A DNA stretch of 64,000 bases from Kofleriaceae bacterium (GTDB lineage: Bacteria > Myxococcota_A > Polyangia > Haliangiales > Haliangiaceae), in the NCBI GenBank assembly GCA_965215005.1, contig CBDCCZ010000023.1, forward strand, positions 32,001 through 96,000. The letters are read 5' to 3'. Made by a program: the position numbers and the translations under genes. Position 1 is the first letter of the stretch; every line of letters starts with the position of its first letter. Positions 1 to 9,822 of the stretch are shown piece after piece. The notes below the pieces were generated by a model, which was not told the DNA's origin, did no database searches, and worked only from the letters and a program-made list of their open reading frames with translations.

Positions 1-609
1 GGCGGCGATGTCGCTGCGCCGACATCCCAAGACGCCCGAGAACGAGCCGCCACCACTAAACCCCATGGCGAAGATCGCCGTCTCGTCGATGCACAGCGCC
101 GATCGCACCTGTGTGAGCACCTCATCGAAGTAACGAAGCTCGCTATCGACTGCCGCCGGCCAGGTCTCTGCGGGAGCGTCATAGTCGCGCCAGTTGCCGC
201 CAATCGCCTCGGCGATGACCAAGATTGCGTTCTCCGCGAGCATGCCGCGCAGGTTGCGCTGCCCGGCGGTGGCATCCCAATAGGTGGCGCTGCCGCCGTT
301 GGGGTGGAGCGCCAACACCAGCGGCCACGCGCGCTCGCTGTTGTAGTTGCTGGGCAGGCGCACGATGAATCGCCGCTCCCGGCCCTCGAGCTCGAAGGCG
401 TGCTCGCCCTCCGCTAGCCCCGGCTCGTTGCCGCATCCCGCGCTCATCACGCGACCGGCATCGGCGGCTCCGGAGTCGGGGGTTGCCGGCTCAACGGCGG
501 CATCGACGGCGGCGTCCGGCGCACCGACAGAGCCTGCGTCGCCAGCGGCGTTGGTCTCACCGCATGCCACAACCAGTACCAACACACTCGCAAGCCGCAG
601 TCGGTTCAT
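1..609 (-). CDS. Lipoprotein alpha/beta hydrolase (PHB depolymerase/LpqC-like esterase); runs off the window start
   Basis: Manual translation MNRLRLASVLVLVVACGE... with lipobox-like Cys, RRFIVRLPSNY...PLVLALH, and nucleophile motif FAMGFSGGG. Not in the ORF track because the stop lies outside the window. Confidence 0.75.
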   Translation of the reverse strand, partial: MNRLRLASVLVLVVACGETNAAGDAGSVGAPDAAVDAAVEPATPDSGAADAGRVMSAGCGNEPGLAEGEHAFELEGRERRFIVRLPSNYNSERAWPLVLALHPNGGSATYWDATAGQRNLRGMLAENAILVIAEAIGGNWRDYDAPAETWPAAVDSELRYFDEVLTQVRSALCIDETAIFAMGFSGGGSFSGVLGCRRSDIAA

Positions 610-966
610 TGCTACCAAGCTAGCAGCTCTGAAGTGGCAAGTAGACTCTCGCTACGTGCGTGGCTCAAAAGGCTCACCAATTTCGGGTGATGCGTTTGCC
701 CTGGTGACCCGGGACCCCCATGAGGGGGTACTATACTCCCAGGTAAGGTGAGCCACGATACGCGTGTGCAGATCGCACATTCGCTTGGCAGTTGCGTCCT
801 TGCGCCGACGCCGCGACCAACTCCCGGAAACTACTTGCCTGCGGCACGACTTTGCCGTTGCCCCCGCCGGCTGATTGAGGAATTCTGCAGTCAAGCAGCA
901 GGTGCCAACTACCAACGCTCACCGCTGCCCTTTCAACCGCCAACGTACTGAAAAGGACACAGACTC

Positions 967-1089
967 ATGAAAAAGACCGCCACCAGCCAGAAGGCCCAGA
1001 CCACCGACAAGAAGTCCAAGAGCCTCCTTACCCTCACCCCAGCTGATATGAAGGGGATCGTAGGCGGCAAAGGCGAGATCATCTGGTAA
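967..1089 (+). CDS. 40-aa peptide with double-glycine-type leader (MKKTATSQKAQTTDKKSKSLLTLTPADMKGIVGG-KGEIIW)
   Basis: ATG at 967 preceded by AAAAGGA, codons mostly ending G/C, hairpin downstream. LTPADMKGIVGG resembles the L(S/T)xxELxxIxGG leader motif. Confidence 0.65.
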   Translation: MKKTATSQKAQTTDKKSKSLLTLTPADMKGIVGGKGEIIW

Positions 1090-1101
1090 GTCCTCTAACT
1101 G

Positions 1102-1131
1102 GAGTCGCAGTCTGTTTGCGAGCTGCGACTC
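1102..1131 (+). terminator. Hairpin between the peptide gene and the convergent kinase gene
   Basis: Perfect 9-bp inverted repeat GAGTCGCAG...CTGCGACTC; no clear U-tract. Confidence 0.4.
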
Positions 1132-1225
1132 TCGCTTAGGCACTGCCGCTCGCGGCGTGCTCGATGGTTCACGGGACGCCGTGCGCCATCGAGTGTCCTA
1201 AGCGCGAGAATCTCAATCGAGAATC

Positions 1226-4200
1226 TCAATAAGGTATGAGTCGATAGGCCTGGACCGATCGCACCCATGGGTGGTCGGCCAGGCCTTCTCGATATTCGCT
1301 CGGCACTGCCGCAATCCACGCTGCGGCTTCTTCTTGCGCAACCGCCAAGCTCGCGCGCGAGCTCGTTTGCTGGCCGAGCTTGTGAAACAGACGCGAGCGG
1401 ATGTCTTCGATTCGGCAACGGCTGCTGCCATCGCTCGCGCCCGGGCTCAGCTGCAAGAACTTCACGATGAGCCAGTCGGGGGCGCTATCGGAGTGCACCG
1501 CGAAGCCATTGGCGAGGTCCAGGAGCGCGTCGGTGTAGCCGGGACGTGTCCAGCGATCGGGCTCGGAGAGGAGCTCCACCGCCGACTCGAGCCGCCCAGC
1601 GATGACATCGGCGAGCACCTGCGCTTGGTCGAGAAAGCGCGGCACGCCCATCGGCCGAAGGTCGTGACAGGCCTGATCGGCGATGGCAGAAGCCTCTTCT
1701 GGCTGCCCCGTGCTCCACCGCACCCGCGCGAGCGCCAAGGTCGCCAAGAGCCGGCGATCTGGATCCGCCTCGCGATGGCGAAAGTACTCGAGCCAGGCCG
1801 CCGCCTCGGCGTAGTGCCCCATCTTCATTTGAATGAGCGCATGGCTGAGCGTGACGCCCTCGCCGACCTCGACGGCACGCTCGAGCGCGGAAAACGCCTC
1901 TTGATAGGCACCCGAGGCCCACTTCGACTCTGCCACCAGGCCGCGATACAGCGCTTCCTTCTGGGCCGCGTTGACGCGCGCGCACAGCTCGGCAGCGGCG
2001 GTGAGAAGCCGCTGCGCGGCCTCCTCATTGCCTTCGCTGCGCTCCAGGTCCGCCAGCGCCTCCTGACAGAGCGTCACGGTAACCCAGTCGGTGCGCGCGC
2101 GATCGAGGACCTCGTCGAGAAGCGGCCGGGCGCTGGCAAAGTCGCCGAGCACGTGAAAGAACGTGCCGACATTGAGGGTTGCGGCCACCAGCCGCGAGTG
2201 ATGACCAACGCGCTGATAGATCTCCCGCGCTTCGAGAGTTTTCTCGATGGCTTCGGCGATCTTCCAGCGGCGAAACAGCGACATTCCGATGTTCATCAGG
2301 CAGTTAGCGCGAAGCAGCTCATCGGCGGTCCGTTCCGCGGTCGCTAGAGCATCGGCATAGAGCGCTTCGGCTTGCTCGAGGTGGTTCTGCATGAGAAACA
2401 CATTCGCCAGCCGCCACACGCTCCAGCCCACCCCCGCGCTGTCGCGGCTGAGCGTGATGGCGCGCAGCGCATACTCCAGCGCCTTCTTGCGCGCGCCCAC
2501 CGTCTCAAACTCGAGATAAATTCCCGCCAGCGCGGTGCACGCTTGCGCCTCGAGATCTTCGGCACTCACCTCGCGAGCCAGTTTTCTGGCCCGTTGAGCG
2601 AGTGCGCGCGCCGCATCGAGCGCCGCTTCAGCCTCGGTTCGCCGCCGCAGCGCCGCCGCCTCCAAGAGAATCTCGACGCCGAGGCGACTGCGCAGCCCGT
2701 CGGCTCCGAGCTCCTCCTGCGCACGTGTGAGATCATCGAGAGCCAGGTTGCGCTCGCCGATCGGCTCCCGCGAGCGCGCGAGCAGAAGTCGCGAGCGGGC
2801 AGCGTCAATTGGATGCAGCGAGGCAAACAGGGCCGCGGCGCGCTCGAGAAAGACCACCGCGGTTCCGTACGCATGCGCTTTGGCAGCGGTCTCGCCGGCG
2901 CGACGGTAGTACAGCGCCGCCTTGCCGAGCGCCGCGAGCAAGTCGTCATCGGGACGCGTGGTGCTGAGCGCATCTTGCGCGGCGCGCTCAAACCAGCTCA
3001 CCGCTTGTTCGGCCGCGCCGCCGCCGGCAAAGTGCTCGGCGAGCACCACCGCATCGGTCTCTCCTTGCTCTTGCAGCCAGGCGCCAGCGAGGCGGTGCCC
3101 GGTGGCGCGGTCGCTGTCGGTGAGCATGCCGTAGGCGGCCTCGCGGGTGAGGTCATGGCGAAAGCTGAGCTCGAGCTCGGCGCCGTAACTGCTGCCCAGA
3201 GCACGGGTGGCGATGAGCTCTTCGCGATCGAGCGTGCGCAGCCAGCCCTCGATCTCTCCGCGCGCCAGATCATTGCCCACCAGCGCGGCCACGCCGCCGA
3301 GCCAGAACGAGCGCCCGAAGATGCTCGCAGCGCGCAAGATATGACGCGCCGGCTCGGGCAACCGCGCGATGCGCAGCTGCACGCTGGCCATCACGCTCTC
3401 GGGCAGCGCTTCGAGCTCGCCACCGGCCGCGGCGCGAATGAGCTCCTCGAGGTAGAACGGATTGCCGGCGCTGCGCTCGACCAGGCGACTTCGGGTTCGC
3501 GCGTCGATCCGATCGCCGAGCATCTCGCGCACCAGCTCATCGCTAGCGCCCGGCCGCAGCGGCTCGACGAGGATTTCTTGCCGCTCCCAGTCGCTTGCCA
3601 GGGTCGGGAAGCGCTCGCGAGCCTCAGGTCGTGCCAGCGCCACCACCAGCAGCGGCAAATCAGCGGCGCAGCGCAGCCCCGCGCTGATGAGCTCGACCGA
3701 GGCGGCATCGGCCCACTGCAGATCGTCGACGACCAGCAGCACCGGCCCCGCGGCGCATTGCGCGACGAGCCAGTCCTGCCACGCCCGCCGCTTCTGATCG
3801 GCCATGAGCGCCGCGTCACCGCGGGCGGCGCGCAGCGCGATGCTTTCAGCGGCGGGAAGCTCGATGCCCATCAGCTCGCCGAGAAACTCCGCCACTCGCT
3901 GGTCTTCGGGCGCGGCAATCGAGCGCGAGATGCGCGCGGTCAACGCCGCAGGAGACGTTCCCGCGCCTTCGGCAAGCCCCAGATGGCTGCGCAGCGCTCG
4001 GGCCATCATGCCGTAGGGAACCTGCGCGCGCAGTGCATCGCCCCAGGCAGCAAAAACGGTGAGCGTGGGTTGATCTTGGCGCAGTCGGCGAAGCAGCTCG
4101 GCGTGCACCCGCGACTTGCCGACGCCGGCTTCGCCAAGCAAGACGATCGCGTGCGCGGTGGCGTCATCGATAGTGCCAGCCGCGGCCGCTTCGAGCTGTC

Positions 4201-5827
4201 GCAACAACCGCCCGCGACCCACGCAGGGCGTCGCGCGCCCGAGCAGGGGCCGCGGTGGCTCCTCGGCATCGGGTTGGCGGGCACGCTCGGCGAGTAGTGT
4301 GAAAGGGCCACCGGTTGTCTGCGAGAAGGCGAACTGCATCGGCAGCAGATCGCGCGTGGCGCGATCCATGGCGATGCGGCGGGCGCCCGCTTCCACCAGC
4401 CCGGCGGCGCGATCGATGATGCGACCCACGGCGTCGCGTTCGCTGAGAACGGCGCGATTGGTCGCGACTCCCAGCGAGGCATCGGGAAGCACGCGCGCAA
4501 TCGCCAGCGCGCAGCGCGCCGACCGCGCAGCGAGATCCGTGGCGGCGGCACCGCCCGAGAGCATTGCGACGAACGAGCCATTGAGTAGCACCTCGATGCG
4601 CGCACCGAACGGCTCGAGTGCCTCGCGAAGCGCCGGCAACAGACGCGCGGCTTGCGACGGGCCGCGCACCACCTGCAGCGCGCCCTCCGTGCTGCCGTCG
4701 TCTGCAGGCGCGCGGAGCTCGGCCTGCGTAGTCGCGCCGGTGACACTCACTCGTATCGGCTCCATCGCCAGGGTCTGCGCCAACTCATCTTCGGGGCTCG
4801 GCGCCATCGCGGCGAAGATGATCGACACTGGCTGGAGCTCGCGCGTGGTCAGCGACGGGAACGCCATCACCTCCGAGGTACCGATGGCGCCCCCATGAAA
4901 CATCGCGCGCACGGTGCGTATCGCCTCCGCAGCGCGCGAGCCGTCGCGCGGCCGTCGCGCGGGATCATACGCCATCATCCGCGCCACCAGCTCGTCGACC
5001 GCGCGCGGGATCTCGGGCACCAACGCGCTCACCCGCGGCGGCTCTTCGAACATGGCGATCTTGGCGAGCACCGCCTCGATGCGCTCGCCGCGGAACGCTG
5101 GACGTCCGGTGAGACACTTGAAGAGAATCGAGCCGAGCGCGAAAACATCGGCCGCGGGACCGACCGCGCGATCGCAGCGCGCCTGCTCTGGCGACATGTA
5201 TTCCGGTGTTCCCATCCCCACGCCGGTTGCCGTCACCGGATCCCAGCCGCCGCGGCGCACGATGCCAAAGTCGAGCAGCTTGGGTCGACGCAAATCGCTA
5301 CCGACCAGCAGGACGTTCGAAGGCTTGACGTCGCGGTGAACCATGCCGCGGTCATGAGCGGCACCCAGCCCTTCGGCGATGCGCGCGACGACCGCAAGCG
5401 CTTCATCGACGCTGAGCGGGGTCCTGCGCATGCGCTGCGACAAGGTGATGCCCTCGAGCCATTCCATCGCGATGAAGGCGCGGCCGCCTTCGGTTTCATG
5501 AGCGACATGCCGCACCACGGCTGGATGATTGATCTCGATGAGCGCCCGCGCCTCCATCGCCATCCGCTTGACGAGCGCGGCGTCATCGAACAGCAGCAGC
5601 TTGAGGGCAACGACGCGACCCGTGCGGCGATCGTGGGCGCGATATACGTCGCCCATGCCGCCTCGGGCGACGAAGCGATCGATCTCGAACCGTTCCGCGA
5701 TGAGCTCTCCAGCTTTCCACGTCGAGCCGCGATTCCCCACTCCGGAATAGTACTGCGCAACTACGCAGGAGACACGTTCTAAGGCGGTCGTAGCCGCAGG
5801 CGTCCCGCTCTGGCGCGGCTGTCGCAC
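1226..5827 (-). CDS. Ser/Thr protein kinase with AAA/STAND-like ATPase and TPR-like C-terminus (true start may be GTG at 5740)
   Basis: GGMGDVY, VALK, HRDVKPSN, DFG, GTPEYMSPE; Walker A GEAGVGKS; Walker B VVDDLQWAD; GNPFYLEE; helical repeats. Confidence 0.92.
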   Translation of the reverse strand: MRQPRQSGTPAATTALERVSCVVAQYYSGVGNRGSTWKAGELIAERFEIDRFVARGGMGDVYRAHDRRTGRVVALKLLLFDDAALVKRMAMEARALIEINHPAVVRHVAHETEGGRAFIAMEWLEGITLSQRMRRTPLSVDEALAVVARIAEGLGAAHDRGMVHRDVKPSNVLLVGSDLRRPKLLDFGIVRRGGWDPVTATGVGMGTPEYMSPEQARCDRAVGPAADVFALGSILFKCLTGRPAFRGERIEAVLAKIAMFEEPPRVSALVPEIPRAVDELVARMMAYDPARRPRDGSRAAEAIRTVRAMFHGGAIGTSEVMAFPSLTTRELQPVSIIFAAMAPSPEDELAQTLAMEPIRVSVTGATTQAELRAPADDGSTEGALQVVRGPSQAARLLPALREALEPFGARIEVLLNGSFVAMLSGGAAATDLAARSARCALAIARVLPDASLGVATNRAVLSERDAVGRIIDRAAGLVEAGARRIAMDRATRDLLPMQFAFSQTTGGPFTLLAERARQPDAEEPPRPLLGRATPCVGRGRLLRQLEAAAAGTIDDATAHAIVLLGEAGVGKSRVHAELLRRLRQDQPTLTVFAAWGDALRAQVPYGMMARALRSHLGLAEGAGTSPAALTARISRSIAAPEDQRVAEFLGELMGIELPAAESIALRAARGDAALMADQKRRAWQDWLVAQCAAGPVLLVVDDLQWADAASVELISAGLRCAADLPLLVVALARPEARERFPTLASDWERQEILVEPLRPGASDELVREMLGDRIDARTRSRLVERSAGNPFYLEELIRAAAGGELEALPESVMASVQLRIARLPEPARHILRAASIFGRSFWLGGVAALVGNDLARGEIEGWLRTLDREELIATRALGSSYGAELELSFRHDLTREAAYGMLTDSDRATGHRLAGAWLQEQGETDAVVLAEHFAGGGAAEQAVSWFERAAQDALSTTRPDDDLLAALGKAALYYRRAGETAAKAHAYGTAVVFLERAAALFASLHPIDAARSRLLLARSREPIGERNLALDDLTRAQEELGADGLRSRLGVEILLEAAALRRRTEAEAALDAARALAQRARKLAREVSAEDLEAQACTALAGIYLEFETVGARKKALEYALRAITLSRDSAGVGWSVWRLANVFLMQNHLEQAEALYADALATAERTADELLRANCLMNIGMSLFRRWKIAEAIEKTLEAREIYQRVGHHSRLVAATLNVGTFFHVLGDFASARPLLDEVLDRARTDWVTVTLCQEALADLERSEGNEEAAQRLLTAAAELCARVNAAQKEALYRGLVAESKWASGAYQEAFSALERAVEVGEGVTLSHALIQMKMGHYAEAAAWLEYFRHREADPDRRLLATLALARVRWSTGQPEEASAIADQACHDLRPMGVPRFLDQAQVLADVIAGRLESAVELLSEPDRWTRPGYTDALLDLANGFAVHSDSAPDWLIVKFLQLSPGASDGSSRCRIEDIRSRLFHKLGQQTSSRASLAVAQEEAAAWIAAVPSEYREGLADHPWVRSVQAYRLIPY

Positions 5828-6021
5828 CTCAGCGGTGACGCGAGCAATCCACTCTAGAGGGTGAAGCGACGGAAGCCAGATTCCTGGCCTGGAGCAGGAG
5901 TGCCCCGTGGCGGGTCGGCCAAGGCTGCGCGGCGCATCGGTTCGAGCGCGTTACACCTGCAGTGGTCCATCTGTCGTCGAGCCGATGGAGATGCAACCAA
6001 ATCACTCCCATAGGGGGACCC

Positions 6022-7206
6022 ATGCGACGCGTTTTGTGGATGCTCATCGCGATCACCACGGTGGTTGCCTGTAAGAACACGCCCGACTCATCAGCAAGTG
6101 ATCCCGAGGTACCCGCGGCCACGCCTGCCAATGACGGTACCAATGGTGAGGACAGCGCCAACAGCGACAGTCCTACCGGCTTCGAGCCAGTTGAACGCGG
6201 CCGCTTCGATGAACCTTGGGCGATGACGTTCCTGCCCGACGGACGGCTTCTCGTGACCGAAAAAGCCGGCTCTCTAAAGCTCGTCGAGCTCGGCGGCAGC
6301 GTCACCGAGATCAGCGGCGTGCCCGAGGTCGACTACGGCGGTCAAGGCGGACTTGGTGACGTCGTGCTGCACCCGGAGTTTGCGCAAAATCAGCGCGTCT
6401 ATCTCAGCTGGGTCGAGGCGGGCTCCGGCGATACCCGCGGCGCCGTCGTCGGTCGCGCGCGGCTGATGCTGGACGATCCGCAACCGCGCCTCGACGACCT
6501 CGAGGTCATCTGGCGGCAAGATCCCAAGGTCACCGGTCGAGGCCATTACGGCCATCGCTTGGCGTTCTCTGCCGAAGGTGACTTGTTCATCTCCTCGGGC
6601 GAGCGGCAGAAATTCACCCCCGCGCAGGACATGGCGAGCAACCTCGGAAAGATTCTTCGTCTTCATGACGATGGCACGGTCCCCGCCGACAATCCATTTG
6701 CGAGCCGCGGCGGTGTGACCGCGCAAATCTACTCGCTTGGCCATCGCAATCCGCTCGGGTTGGCGTTCGATGCGAAGGGACGCCTTTGGGAGCACGAGAT
6801 GGGACCGCGCGGCGGCGATGAGCTCAACTTGATCGAACGCGGCTCGAACTACGGCTACCCGCTGGTTTCGAATGGCGACCACTACGACGGCCGCGACATT
6901 CCCGACCACGACACGCGGCCCGATCTCAACGCTCCTGAAGAGAGCTGGACGCCCGTCATATCGCCGGCCGGATTCATCATTTATTCGGGCGAGGTGTTTC
7001 CAGCGTGGCGCGGCAGCGGCTTCATCGGCGGCTTGTCGTCGCGGGCGCTTATTCGCGTCGCCCTCGAGGGGGAAACCGGCCGCGAAGTGCAGCGCTGGGA
7101 CATGGGCAAGCGCATTCGGGAGGTCGAGCAAGGGCCCGAGGGGCAGCTCTTCCTTCTTGAAGACGGCCCGGGTGGTCGCCTCCTGGAGTTGACGCCGAAG
7201 GGCTGA
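6022..7206 (+). CDS. PQQ-dependent sugar (aldose) dehydrogenase, YliI/GSDH family lipoprotein
   Basis: Signal peptide ending [41 protein letters not shown] motifs. Confidence 0.92.
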   Translation: MRRVLWMLIAITTVVACKNTPDSSASDPEVPAATPANDGTNGEDSANSDSPTGFEPVERGRFDEPWAMTFLPDGRLLVTEKAGSLKLVELGGSVTEISGVPEVDYGGQGGLGDVVLHPEFAQNQRVYLSWVEAGSGDTRGAVVGRARLMLDDPQPRLDDLEVIWRQDPKVTGRGHYGHRLAFSAEGDLFISSGERQKFTPAQDMASNLGKILRLHDDGTVPADNPFASRGGVTAQIYSLGHRNPLGLAFDAKGRLWEHEMGPRGGDELNLIERGSNYGYPLVSNGDHYDGRDIPDHDTRPDLNAPEESWTPVISPAGFIIYSGEVFPAWRGSGFIGGLSSRALIRVALEGETGREVQRWDMGKRIREVEQGPEGQLFLLEDGPGGRLLELTPKG

Positions 7207-7302
7207 GCGATGCGAAAACGCTCGCGCGCCAGTGCGAGCGTCAACCGCCGAGCGGTGTGAATGCGCTGCGTCGCTCAGCAGCTGCGAGCTTTAGCAGCGC
7301 GG

Positions 7303-7998
7303 TCACGGCGCCGGCGCCGGCGCTTCGCTGGGGTCGAGCAGGCCATACCGGCGCCAGCCCGAGCGCAGAGCGCGCGACTGCGGCGCCGCAACGCACGGCT
7401 CGTCGTCGGCCATCACCGAAGACGGAGCGGGGAGTTTCCAGCCTTGCAAACTCGGCGCGGAGGTATAGGCATCGAGCTGCTCACGACCCTTTTTGGGCGA
7501 GGCGCCGAGAAGCACGAATGCAAGCCCCTGGCGCACCTGCCGCGGACTCTCGAGGAGCTGCATCGCGAAGCGATCGGAGAAGAACGGCCCCTGTCGACCG
7601 AGATGACGATTGACGGCCTTGGCGAGCCGAATCGAGAAGCTTCTCAGGCCGATGGCGAGCGCGCGATTGTCGGGCGCCTCCACCAGCAGAAGCACGTTCC
7701 GTTGCCGCAGGCCGTAGTGGACGATGGCCAGCCCCTCGTGCGCGTTGACCTGACGCACGCAGTCGCGAAGGATGGCGTGGACGGCGGGACTGCGCAGGTT
7801 TGGCACCTCGTCGCGCGCCTCGAACGTGATCAGTGCCGGGTGCTCAGCATCGATCGCCGGCCGGCGATGGTGCGACACCCCTGCCCGCTCGCCTTTGGGT
7901 TTGCGCCCGGCTCCGGGGCGGGCACCCCCGCGACCGTCGGGTTTGACGGAGTTGGTGCCGGACTTGGGCGACGTGTTGTTGGAGACGCGCGAGGGCAT
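7303..7998 (-). CDS. Y1/HUH (IS200/RAYT-like) transposase-derived protein, catalytic residues lost
   Basis: RGGARPGAGRKP, SHHRRP, IVHY...LLVEA, IRLAKAVNR..GRQG.FFSDR, DAYTSA..GW match my recollection of myxobacterial Y1 transposases. The HUH and catalytic Tyr positions are substituted. Confidence 0.7.
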   Translation of the reverse strand: MPSRVSNNTSPKSGTNSVKPDGRGGARPGAGRKPKGERAGVSHHRRPAIDAEHPALITFEARDEVPNLRSPAVHAILRDCVRQVNAHEGLAIVHYGLRQRNVLLLVEAPDNRALAIGLRSFSIRLAKAVNRHLGRQGPFFSDRFAMQLLESPRQVRQGLAFVLLGASPKKGREQLDAYTSAPSLQGWKLPAPSSVMADDEPCVAAPQSRALRSGWRRYGLLDPSEAPAPAP

Positions 7999-8188
7999 GA
8001 CCGGCTCTACGCAAGCACATCCCCTGCCACCACATCCACCCGGTTGGGTCACGGATGCATCACGGCAGCCGCGCGCTGCTTTCGAGAGCTGGGAGCTGCG
8101 GGGGTGCAACTGGAGAATTGCGTTGGGATCGGTCATCCTTGGGATCTCTCCGCCGCATCGGCGCGCAGCTCCGTTGCTCAGGTGTCCT

Positions 8189-8497
8189 ATGAAAACCATC
8201 AAGCTCCTCTTCGCGTTCTTGTTAGTCGCCGCGCTGATTTTGTTCGCAGCGCAGAATCTCACCCCGGTCTCACTCCAATTTCTGATCTGGCGTGCCGAGC
8301 TGTCGCTGGCCATCCCAGTTCTCGGCGCGTATCTCGTCGGTGGCATCACCGCTCGCGCGCTGCTTCGCTTCCTCAACCAGCGGCGCAAAGACCGCAAGCA
8401 GGGCCGCCTAGAGCGGCGTGCGGCGCAGGAGCGGGCAGCGCAAGTTCGCCACGAGGTCGTCAAGGAGCGCGCTGAGGCAAGCGCCGGGAAGATCTGA
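8189..8497 (+). CDS. LapA/DUF1049-family small membrane protein
   Basis: FAAQNLTPVSLQFLIW motif between two hydrophobic helices, followed by a charged tail. Confidence 0.8.
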   Translation: MKTIKLLFAFLLVAALILFAAQNLTPVSLQFLIWRAELSLAIPVLGAYLVGGITARALLRFLNQRRKDRKQGRLERRAAQERAAQVRHEVVKERAEASAGKI

Positions 8498-8620
8498 CAT
8501 GACCCACGGCGTCATTTGCTAGCAAAGGCACACTCACTGGGGAGGCGCCTGGCCTACCAACCTGGGGATTCTTCGCAAGCACCTTCATAGCAGCACCCGA
8601 AACCCGTAAGATCGAGCACC

Positions 8621-9724
8621 GTGACGTCTCCGCCGACGAGTCTCCTGCAGCGCGGTCAGGCGCCGGTCGCGCTCCTCGAGCGACTGCTCGAAGAGCTGCC
8701 GATGGGCGTGGTTCTGCTCGACGCCGATGGCCGCACCGTCTTCTTCAATGCGTACGAAGAGACGCTCGCCGGGCGGCGGCGCGAGGATGTCTTGGGGCTC
8801 GACTTCTTCGAGACCGTGGCGCCGTGCATGAATGTGCGCGAGTTGGCCGGGGTGTTTCGCTCGGGCATCGGCCAGAGCAGTCTGATGCACGAGCTCGAGT
8901 TCCAGTTTCCATTTCCGCACCTCGATCAACCGCGCGACGTGGTGGTGAGATTGCGCTCCATCGAGCTTTACGGGGCCCCCTACGGCTGCCTTTACATCGA
9001 AGACGTGTCGGCGCGCCGCTCGGTCGAGCGGATGAAAGAAACCCTGAGCCGCCTACTCGTCCACGATCTCAAAAACCCGCTCACGGTGGTCGCCGTCAAT
9101 CTGCAGCTCCTCGAGGGACTAGGTGATAGCGCCGCGGATCGCGAGGTTGCCGAGGCGCTCACCGACGCCGCGCGGGCCACCGAGCGGCTCCGCGCAATGG
9201 TGATGAATCTGCTCGACATCACCCGGCTGGAGACCGGAGCTGTGCCGCTGCGCCGGCAGAAGCTCGATCCGCGCGAGCTCGTCGCAACGGTGGTCGAAGA
9301 GGCGCGGGGGATGGCACGCGCGCGCGACCTCGAGCTCATCGCCGAGGCCGAGGCCAGCCTTGCAGCCTGGAGTCTCGATGCCGACCTGATGCGCCGGGCG
9401 ATCGATAACCTGGTCGAGAACGCCCTCCGCTATGCACCGCGGCGCAGCTGCGTGACGGTCGCGGCGCGCCGAGAGGCCGAGCAGTGCATCTTCGAGGTCG
9501 CCAACGAAGGCGCCGCCGTGCCCGAGGAGCTCCGAGAGCGAATCTTCGACCCCTACGTTCGCGTCGCCGGCGGCCACGAGGGCACCAACCGCGGCCTCGG
9601 GCTCACCCTCGTGCAGCTCGCCGCCCGCGCCCATGGCGGCCGCGCCGAGGTGCGATGTCCGGACTCCGGAGGCAGCCAGTTCCGCATCGTGCTGCCCGCC
9701 GAGCTGCTTTGCGGCGCCGACTGA
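8621..9724 (+). CDS. Sensor histidine kinase with N-terminal photoactive-yellow-protein-like PAS domain
   Basis: FNAYEETLAGR...DFFETVAPC (PYP signature); H-box VHDLKNPL; N-box NLVENA; G2 box GLGL. Confidence 0.88.
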   Translation: MTSPPTSLLQRGQAPVALLERLLEELPMGVVLLDADGRTVFFNAYEETLAGRRREDVLGLDFFETVAPCMNVRELAGVFRSGIGQSSLMHELEFQFPFPHLDQPRDVVVRLRSIELYGAPYGCLYIEDVSARRSVERMKETLSRLLVHDLKNPLTVVAVNLQLLEGLGDSAADREVAEALTDAARATERLRAMVMNLLDITRLETGAVPLRRQKLDPRELVATVVEEARGMARARDLELIAEAEASLAAWSLDADLMRRAIDNLVENALRYAPRRSCVTVAARREAEQCIFEVANEGAAVPEELRERIFDPYVRVAGGHEGTNRGLGLTLVQLAARAHGGRAEVRCPDSGGSQFRIVLPAELLCGAD

Positions 9725-9822
9725 GGCTGGCAGCGCGGCGGGTGTAGGTTTTTCTTGCCGTGTAAGTTATCGGCTAGTAACTTATAGAAATCCCGCGCCG
9801 GGGCTACTCGAACTCGGAGAGT

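Noticed and set aside
842..855. Sigma54 promoter for the 40-aa peptide (CGGCACGACTTTGC)
   Set aside because: GG-GC spacing is 9 nt rather than the required 10.
1271..5782. Long plus-strand ORFs opposite the kinase (and similar shadow ORFs throughout the window)
   Set aside because: Antisense shadows expected in high-GC DNA; the opposite strand carries clear family motifs.
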